From: Sedimentisphaerales bacterium
GTDB taxonomy: Bacteria > Planctomycetota > Phycisphaerae > Sedimentisphaerales > SM23-30
Length of the DNA stretch: 64,000 nucleotides
Strand: one strand, 5' to 3'
NCBI GenBank assembly: GCA_963666285.1
Contig: OY762711.1
Of the stretch, positions 58,901 through 64,000 are shown in pieces (the first letter of the stretch is position 1; every line of letters begins with the position of its first letter). A program made the translations under genes and the position numbers. The notes under the pieces were generated by a model. The model was given only the letters and a program-made list of their open reading frames with translations. It was not told the DNA's origin and made no database searches.

Positions 58901-61900
58901 TATAACTAAAGATAACAGGACGTTCGATATAAACTTCAGCTATTCAGATGAGAATGGCTGTATGATAAAATACCGAGAGATAGCGGCAGGTGAACCGATG
59001 CCGAAGATTAAGTTCAAGGCGCAGGTTAGCACAGAAATTCGGTTTGCCGCTATTGACAATAAGGCCGTGCCAGGTTATGACAATTCAGACTGCAGCATAG
59101 TCAGTAAAGATGAATATGAAGAGATTATCGAAAAAACTAAAAAGGATAGTAAAGGCAGGTTAATTACAGCACCTAACGTAACATTATTTGACGGGGAAAA
59201 AACGGACATTTCGTTATCGACTGAAATATTTCGCCAACTAGGATATGATAATATGGATATCCGGTTTACTCCTTATGTAATGGATAATAATATAGTATCT
59301 CTTGCGGTCAAATTCAATCGGGAAATAGACAGCGGCAGACGGGCCGAAATACAAAAATATGTCAGGTTTGAAGCTGGTCAATATGGCGTACTGCCTCTAA
59401 AGAATATTATCGGGATTGATTACCTGATGATTGTCAATTGTCAGATTATTGAGCCTGACGATGGCAGCAACGGTAATCATGGCAGCTGGGAAAAAGATAA
59501 AAAGGAGAAAAGTGATCCCCTATTCGATAGAGAGTACCTGGGCGAGTGGAAGATGCCAGAGCTAGATATTAAAGAGGGAAAGAAAATTAAAAGCTTAAGG
59601 CTGAACATAAAAGATAACGGTACTATGACGATCAGATATATCGATATGAATGGAGATACAATATTACTTGATGCAGATTATGATGTTCAGGATGGCATGG
59701 TCATAGCCGGGAACGGGGATAATATCTACGTAAGATGCTATTTCAAAGATGATATATTTTCAGCTGAGATGCCTGAATTTGATATGACAGTACTGTTGGA
59801 ACAAGTGATGCCGGAAGCTAATTTAAAGACTGACGGCGAAGAAATTAAGAATTCAGAATTAAAAATTGAGGAAAATATAAAGGATGAAGTATCAAGTATA
59901 AAGTATAAAAAGAATTCAAATACGAAAGATGGAAAAGATGCGGAAATGGGGACGGACCCCATTAATTCACTGGATATTAAACAAGGATGGAAAACAATTG
60001 CAGAATCATATAAAGTGAATTCCAATATTCCGGTGCAAGTTGCTTCAGTGGCAACGGATTACGGACAGGTAGTCTTTGGAAATGCGTACAGTAAAGATGA
60101 TGGAGCCTGGATATCAACAACTGACGATATTGACAGAAATATTTTTGAGGTACGCATTGTCGCAATCGATATCGATGGCAATATATTACTTCAAAATGGC
60201 GGAGGAAGCAGCACTGTAAACAAAACAAATACACTGCAATGTCGATTTGACACTGAATTGAGCAAAGTCAGTCTTTTTGAAATTCAGATCAGGAATAACG
60301 TAGAAATGGGGACGGACCCCATTAATTCAACGTTCAAAACAGTTGTACTTAAAAATTCAATCCAGGCGATCAATTTAAGTAATAATCAGAAAACATATGA
60401 TTTTTATGTACTGGATATGGCAAGCGGAAATGTGAAAGAGTACGAAAATGTACAAGATTTCAATCATTTGACAAATATCCTGAATAGCGTCGGCAAAGGA
60501 GATATGGCGTTTGTATTTACTAAAGACAGATGTATGCCGGTAATCAACTGGGTTCGGAATGCTCGGCCTGTTGAAAAAGCCGATGAAAGACAGAGCCACT
60601 ACTTCTACAGTGCGAAGTGGTATCCGGACGATAATATAATTACCAATGAAGGCAAACGATATTATGTATATTTCAAGGATTGCGATGAAAACGGGTGTGA
60701 GATATATTACAGGGAGATCATGCCGGGAGAATCGCTGCCGAAAAATGTCGAGAGAGAATATGTCAATGAAAATAACGAGATAGTATCAATAGAGATGGAA
60801 CTGTTCAGTCTGAATGGAACTGAATACAGTATAGACACAGAAAGGATAATTAAAAACGGCGACGAGCTGGATGAGACCCAGATAAGTTTTCTGCGGAAGA
60901 TCTCAGAAAGTGGAAAAGTGAATTTCTGGGAAAAGCTGCCAAAGATAAAAGCGTTTAAGACAGAAAAGGTAGATATGAGCTCACTAGGGGCAATATTGCC
61001 AGCCGACAAATTCCAAATAGACAAGCTGACCGTCATCCCAAATGATATAAACGGCGGAAGTTTATGCCTGGATATTGATCTTGCCGGTTCGTTTCATGCC
61101 GTCGACTATACAGGCGATAACAAAACAGATGCGATAATGAGTTCGTTCACACGCAAGGTTACGAATATTATGCCTGAAAACAAGGCGGCATTGCTGGAGC
61201 TGTGCGGAGTAAATGGCATTCATTATTTCATGCTGGTTAAAATGCAAAATGCAGGCAGTGATCTGAAGGATGAAAATGAAGAAATTAAGAATTCAGAATT
61301 AAAAATTGAGGAAGAAGAAGAAGAAGAAAAGGGATATGGGATAAGGGATAAGGGATTAGGGAATGTGCTCGCTGACGCTCGGTTAATTAATAATGAAGAA
61401 GCAACCACGAAAAAGGGGACGGACCCCATTAATTCCTTTACCCCCTCCTGGATTGGACTGCCAGAAGGGTGGGACAGAGATAAGGCCTGGAAAGAGATAA
61501 CCAGCTACCTGGAAAATAATATAAAAAGAGATTTGCCGGAAAGTAATATAAGTTATTTCAATGATGACATAAAGCATGGACCGGTTGAAATATCGTACCA
61601 TACACAAAAATATCAAGTTGAAAGTCCGGTATCTAAGGCAAGAATTGATACAGAGAAACAAACAGAAACAGGCCCTCAGCCAGACGGACTGATAATCAGG
61701 ATATATCTAACTGAAAATATTGAACAGATGGTAAGGCCGCAAACTCTGGATAAAACTTTCTGGAAAGTTGATTTCCTGAAAATATATCTGCCTGAACTTA
61801 AATTGTTCCTGATGGCCAACATATCATACGGCAATCAAACCGACCAGACACTTCTCAGTAAATATAGAAATTTAAACGGAATAATGGCTAACATTATCGA

Positions 61901-64000
61901 AAGTACGCAAACCACAAAAATCACAGAAGTGGATAACCAAAGGTACGATACAGTTGATAAAAAATATATGGATAAGATGGCGGGTGAGGTTTTGTTCTGC
62001 GGTGAGTATAAGCATATAAGCCGGAGACGTGAGATAGAGACGCCCAGCACACTGCTTGTAACTCGAGGGGCAGACGGAGAGATAAACGCTTTGGCGTATA
62101 TGCCGTGGATGGGCAGCTATGACATGGCGGTTGGTGATAAAGAAGGTAAGCTGTCGGGCTATTTTACGTGGCGGGCAGAGTCGGAAGGTAAGCCCGGGTT
62201 CGATACGGAGCTGGAGCTGGGTGATGGCAAGGCGGTATTGAACCGGCACGGGATACGTGAAGACAAGGTAAATGTGGAGTTGAGTGTGGCGGAAGGAGCG
62301 AGGTTTAGCCCAAATAGCAGGCCGGACAGCTATTGTGCAGATAATATATTTATGCGCGGGCTGGATATAGCAGTTGAAACGAGTAAGGAATTTGAAGTTT
62401 ACGACTGGGATAACAGCGGCGAGGCGATGGCGAGCTATACGATAGAGGTGTATAATGCCGGGAAAGAAGAGGTTGTGGTGCCGGCGGGCACGTTTGAGGC
62501 GAACCATTATGTGCTGACGCAGACCAGTACCGGAAATACGTGGTATAAGAAACAAAACGGACATATTACCGATTATTGGGTGATGGATGACGGGATAATT
62601 GTGCGGGTGCTTCGACACAGGGAGCCGTATGAAATACAGTTAATGAAAAATGAAAGAATACAGGGATCAGGTTTCAGAGGTCAGGGATCAGGGAAGGTGC
62701 TCGCTGACGCTCGAGCTAATAATACTGTATCTAAAGGGGAATATGAGATATGCGGTACTGTAACAACAGAAATGTCAGAAGGTCGCTGGGAAGAGTTTTT
62801 TGCCAGAATGGATGCCGCCAAGACAGAAAAAGAGCTGAATGATATTGTAACGTCAGAGAGGCAGCCAGGAAAAGAACCAGCGGCAAATGTTGAGGTAAAA
62901 CTAATCGGCCGGTATGGGAATAAACCGTTTGAGCGAATAACATCAACCGATAATAATGGCAATTACTGGTTCAAAGACCTGCCGATCGGCAGTTACAGAA
63001 TATCATGCCAAGATAACATTGTTTATAATCGAACCGGCAGTATAGTGACAATGGTCGGTGAAGGAGATAAACCGATAGAGTTTGTTTTGTCCGGTAAGAA
63101 GAGAGCCGAGATGGATATCGAACTTCGTGATAATAACCTGCTGACTGTAACAGGGAGAGTACTTGATCAAAAAGGCAGGCCAATCACAAATGCTGTTGTA
63201 ACCGGGACAAGTACCCCACTTGAAAATGGCGGGATAGGCGAAACAAGCGAACAAACGAGGATTTTCAGTCCGCAGATAATAACCGGCAAAACTGATGCCG
63301 AGGGCAGGTATCAGCTGGCAGGGTTTGAAGCAGCCCATTATATAAACGTATTTCGCAGTTTGATCAATACGAATAAGGATGCACGCGGACCATATAAATT
63401 CTTTGCTGATATTACGGTACGGGCGGATGGGTATGTGCCGGCTGAGAGGAAAGCGTACAGAGTTCCGCTGGCAGGTGAAGAACAGCTATATCGTGCCAGG
63501 CGGCTGCTGAAAGCATATGAGAAATTGGATACTGATGCCAAAGTGAAGGAAAACCCTGAGCCGGTATGGCCGTTTGCGAAATGTGAAGGTTCAAAGCTGG
63601 TTGGTGTAGATATAGTAATGAAGTCTGAAAGAATAAGTGAAGAACTAAGAACTAAGAGTGAAGAGTTCAGGAATCCCCCTACGGCGGAAGCTAATTTAAA
63701 GACTGACGGCGAAGAAATTAAGAATTCAGAATTAAAAATTAAGAAAGAAGAAAATGCAAATACAGCAGTTGGAAATGATGAGCTAGTCGTTGAAGATGCG
63801 GAAAAAGAGACGGTCAGCATAAATTCCAGTTTAATTTTTTCAGAATCTGCATATGACAAGATGAAAAAAGAGCTGGTTCAGGAGACCGCGGAAAATACAA
63901 AAGAGTCTTCTATCGATCAATTTGTCGGTATCTGGGAAAATCCGGGATTTATCGGTAACGATGAAGGAAGGCCAAAGTACACATACTTACTGATAATATA
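52902..64000 (+). CDS. Giant BlaR1/MecR1-like M56 peptidase with a multi-cassette C-terminal region (>3699 aa, runs off the window; absent from the ORF track)
   Basis: SD AAGAAAGG then ATG 52902: MDITTMINELGQWFC...RVRAVIRYCIWMLVLVKLVLP; SPAACGLWKPVILMP; HELSHIKRGD at 54021; YFFNPLLW; REKAVDE; LKDRIKHIL; final TM helix; later carboxypeptidase-regulatory-like domains. Frame checked by hand at about 10 points to the window end; the track lists no + ORF here, consistent with no stop. Confidence 0.88.
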   Translation, partial: MDITTMINELGQWFCKENFAMLVQSSVLIAVLMLLDLVIKKRVRAVIRYCIWMLVLVKLVLPTSISMPTGLGYWISDQWSMEARTVEQPNSREEISKEGTREDSEAIAAADSMVTDGVRVVRNGAKRNGEELTETADSGGIAANSGKVSNGNGDAAAEDQISGVTGLRDINILQNDVSAEKKSAGLPDGMKSEVRSLKSENEEIKNSEFKNQEEEEKGYGIRDKGLGNVLANARLINNEEATTKKGTENLKSEVGSLKSENEEKQLAAGNQITWQGWIFMGWSVGVLVLVSVLVQRFWFVKSLVAQSEPVKAERIRQLMAECRELVRVSSKVELRLTRNMMSPAACGLWKPVILMPEELLEKLSKDQLKAVLLHELSHIKRGDLWVNLAQTLLQIVYFFNPLLWIANAIIRNVREKAVDELVIAKLEGDAGMYSSTLVDIAEIAFSRPHFSLRLVGVVESKKALKDRIKHILSRKFPKSARLGAAGIVSIIVLAAVLLPMASGQGAQDKYIFEYGDGHKIELVGICSWPPNGNKWHSPDGMPLDIKIQTSDSSGIESDEPGYQLAFRSDKGAAFKLEYIKGCRAKSELGVFDKNEITAFKAHINGNLNKTNIRIAVPDGNWETSCSSRSITGTSGHKVDGKPLIFGGMQSGDNMIITCSDNVGYKKASRIVVIDKSGKIVDGKSIADTGFNNVRQRTIEYKNIGPADIDKIEFMTCSYKTHTFKNVVLKSIPKNLQFRIEGTVTDADTGDPIAGAKVGDVSGYNSGRFSTTTDENGKYEYLTYYEEHNIVAKAAGYETKQEILLTKLIGKEDKKTIDFNLKDERKQGSGIGDKGLGKVLANARLINNEEATTKKGTENLKSEVGSLKSESEEIKNSELKIKEEEEEEEEEKGYGIRDKGLGNVLADARLINNEEATTKKGMDNLKSEVGSLKSEKEYIKKEENNPKESEELRTKYTLSELLKNIQNADNVRSQLLSNSQGKALINITLSKMATNGKGKLQDESVKKFDTDDYSCVIDKNGNFTIDWYQSVVKRRFDLHSVDQLNNTTQAKPLWSNVDARTFIDPNKWIVYDAIKDECSAKNAKARAKHATNPLSIIFDFDIERLYSVNLHSQIRNIVLLYANNGTKPKIAAETVNGIPCIKISIFKEAENDNGNIMNKLIEFWVSPEMGHSLIKYRFSMGKWSQGIDLPLWQSYDASYIESKENHGVWLLNKLEMSHKDITMGNIETLRVEFVETEIDTAISGEVFTTKGLGVTDKTKFVDKLMEEKESQRYGEEIKKEELKIKKEEEEKGYGKENIKDEVSSIKYKKNSNTKDGKDAEMGTDPINSLDIKQEWKTIAESYKVNSNIPVQVASVATDYGQVVFGNAYSKDDGAWISTTDDIDRNICEVRIVAIDIDGNILLQNGGGSSTVNKTNTLQCRFDTELSKVSLFEIQIRNNETTKDAEAEINIETIKGWVIDYYKDYDLEHPSDRILKRRFLEWNEPAVDSSNRHLINCTVEETSRKSGDDIIVIKGEDFTFNPDGSCASKKKTNTNSLFDYIASDIVGRYIRNNIDDGYSWKSYVEKGNLGTDENGNYTYRIKYELRYNDSSYSYTYFTKTFTVNPDYEIIAIEELPKELTSYDKRRIANMVSEYREKMRKRDIAGILEMLVIEDDKHLEMVKQYLEETLYGKWSDWNFYSEENNKFVDVYEDGNNNFEAWTLTKSLDDKWTIGVIPVRYKNGEFKLDNFNKETIEKCKIIKTTDIDSMGKILQQKNAEGWVHAEGKELKKLYLDKITHEQRSLATLSVADKYKLEMMRFCTREEIEKRLNELESMTPEELKEKMISEALLRPAQNKAARGEKSEVRSLKAESEEIKNSELKIKEEEEKGYGVENIKDEVSSIKYKKNSNTKDGKDAEMGTDPFNSTYLQNSGSIWDLHKTDRMQDIFMLDLETGLKAKLKDIADIEQLKRTQESFNAGDIYYCYDQQPWLGIVQEAHFANGNIEFDPALKRTVISGLNNIIVITKDNRTFDINFSYSDENGCMIKYREIAAGEPMPKIKFKAQVSTEIRFAAIDNKAVPGYDNSDCSIVSKDEYEEIIEKTKKDSKGRLITAPNVTLFDGEKTDISLSTEIFRQLGYDNMDIRFTPYVMDNNIVSLAVKFNREIDSGRRAEIQKYVRFEAGQYGVLPLKNIIGIDYLMIVNCQIIEPDDGSNGNHGSWEKDKKEKSDPLFDREYLGEWKMPELDIKEGKKIKSLRLNIKDNGTMTIRYIDMNGDTILLDADYDVQDGMVIAGNGDNIYVRCYFKDDIFSAEMPEFDMTVLLEQVMPEANLKTDGEEIKNSELKIEENIKDEVSSIKYKKNSNTKDGKDAEMGTDPINSLDIKQGWKTIAESYKVNSNIPVQVASVATDYGQVVFGNAYSKDDGAWISTTDDIDRNIFEVRIVAIDIDGNILLQNGGGSSTVNKTNTLQCRFDTELSKVSLFEIQIRNNVEMGTDPINSTFKTVVLKNSIQAINLSNNQKTYDFYVLDMASGNVKEYENVQDFNHLTNILNSVGKGDMAFVFTKDRCMPVINWVRNARPVEKADERQSHYFYSAKWYPDDNIITNEGKRYYVYFKDCDENGCEIYYREIMPGESLPKNVEREYVNENNEIVSIEMELFSLNGTEYSIDTERIIKNGDELDETQISFLRKISESGKVNFWEKLPKIKAFKTEKVDMSSLGAILPADKFQIDKLTVIPNDINGGSLCLDIDLAGSFHAVDYTGDNKTDAIMSSFTRKVTNIMPENKAALLELCGVNGIHYFMLVKMQNAGSDLKDENEEIKNSELKIEEEEEEEKGYGIRDKGLGNVLADARLINNEEATTKKGTDPINSFTPSWIGLPEGWDRDKAWKEITSYLENNIKRDLPESNISYFNDDIKHGPVEISYHTQKYQVESPVSKARIDTEKQTETGPQPDGLIIRIYLTENIEQMVRPQTLDKTFWKVDFLKIYLPELKLFLMANISYGNQTDQTLLSKYRNLNGIMANIIESTQTTKITEVDNQRYDTVDKKYMDKMAGEVLFCGEYKHISRRREIETPSTLLVTRGADGEINALAYMPWMGSYDMAVGDKEGKLSGYFTWRAESEGKPGFDTELELGDGKAVLNRHGIREDKVNVELSVAEGARFSPNSRPDSYCADNIFMRGLDIAVETSKEFEVYDWDNSGEAMASYTIEVYNAGKEEVVVPAGTFEANHYVLTQTSTGNTWYKKQNGHITDYWVMDDGIIVRVLRHREPYEIQLMKNERIQGSGFRGQGSGKVLADARANNTVSKGEYEICGTVTTEMSEGRWEEFFARMDAAKTEKELNDIVTSERQPGKEPAANVEVKLIGRYGNKPFERITSTDNNGNYWFKDLPIGSYRISCQDNIVYNRTGSIVTMVGEGDKPIEFVLSGKKRAEMDIELRDNNLLTVTGRVLDQKGRPITNAVVTGTSTPLENGGIGETSEQTRIFSPQIITGKTDAEGRYQLAGFEAAHYINVFRSLINTNKDARGPYKFFADITVRADGYVPAERKAYRVPLAGEEQLYRARRLLKAYEKLDTDAKVKENPEPVWPFAKCEGSKLVGVDIVMKSERISEELRTKSEEFRNPPTAEANLKTDGEEIKNSELKIKKEENANTAVGNDELVVEDAEKETVSINSSLIFSESAYDKMKKELVQETAENTKESSIDQFVGIWENPGFIGNDEGRPKYTYLLII
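53471..63755 (+). repeat. Dispersed in-frame linker repeats inside the giant ORF (8 blocks plus one isolated palindrome)
   Basis: Blocks at about 53471-53690, 55356-55763, 56718-56882, 58418-58610, 59812-59969, 61261-61436, 62647-62725 and 63620-63755, plus a lone palindrome at 60303-60329. Shared parts: AAGTCTG/AAGAATT/GGGATAA heptamers, (GAA)n, GTGCTCGCTRACGCTCG and GGGGACGGACCCC. Confidence 0.92.
56782..60298 (+). repeat. 430-bp near-identical direct repeat (56782-57211 and 59869-60298)
   Basis: Offset 3087 bp; about 8 substitutions counted by eye; the antisense ORFs 56890..57147 and 59977..60234 are near-identical. Confidence 0.92.

Noticed and set aside
53471..63755. CRISPR array interpretation of the repeats
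   Set aside because: Repeats are long and mosaic, separated by 0.35-1.7 kb of coding sequence rather than 30-40 bp spacers; no cas genes are present.
52970..63859. The many minus-strand ORFs in the track
   Set aside because: They are antisense shadows (Ser/Phe/Leu-rich) of the purine-rich giant + strand ORF.

Overview
Bacterial chromosomal window. Gene content (FecR-NPCBM anti-sigma with its ECF sigma, dockerin-tailed LamG/beta-helix surface proteins, DUF2617-like protein, BlaI/M56 pair) suggests a planctomycete, probably Phycisphaerae/Sedimentisphaerales; this is inference. The core carries tRNA-Arg(TCG), tRNA-Gly(TCC), an RlmL-like methyltransferase, rnc, gcvT-H-PA-PB under a tandem glycine riboswitch, bamD-lptE-ftsH-HD-GYP-exbD, lon, hemW and an AbiE type IV toxin-antitoxin pair. 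Two things are missed or split by the ORF track. (1) A BlaR1/M56-like ORF starts at 52902 and is still open at 64000 (>3699 codons). Its C-terminal region is an array of mostly unrelated domain cassettes joined in frame by recurrent linkers built from heptamer repeats and REP-like palindromes. One cassette is duplicated at about 98% identity, and that copy is bracketed by the palindrome. (2) ORFs 15783..16151 and 16299..17021 are one frame interrupted by a single TGA in a Y-M-U-N-C-L context, followed by a SECIS-like hairpin. This is a candidate selenoprotein, leading an operon with two paralogous Cys-rich AMCY lipoproteins and a radical SAM/SPASM enzyme. An ECF promoter motif, AbiEi and BlaI operators and a possible MITE can also be read from the sequence.
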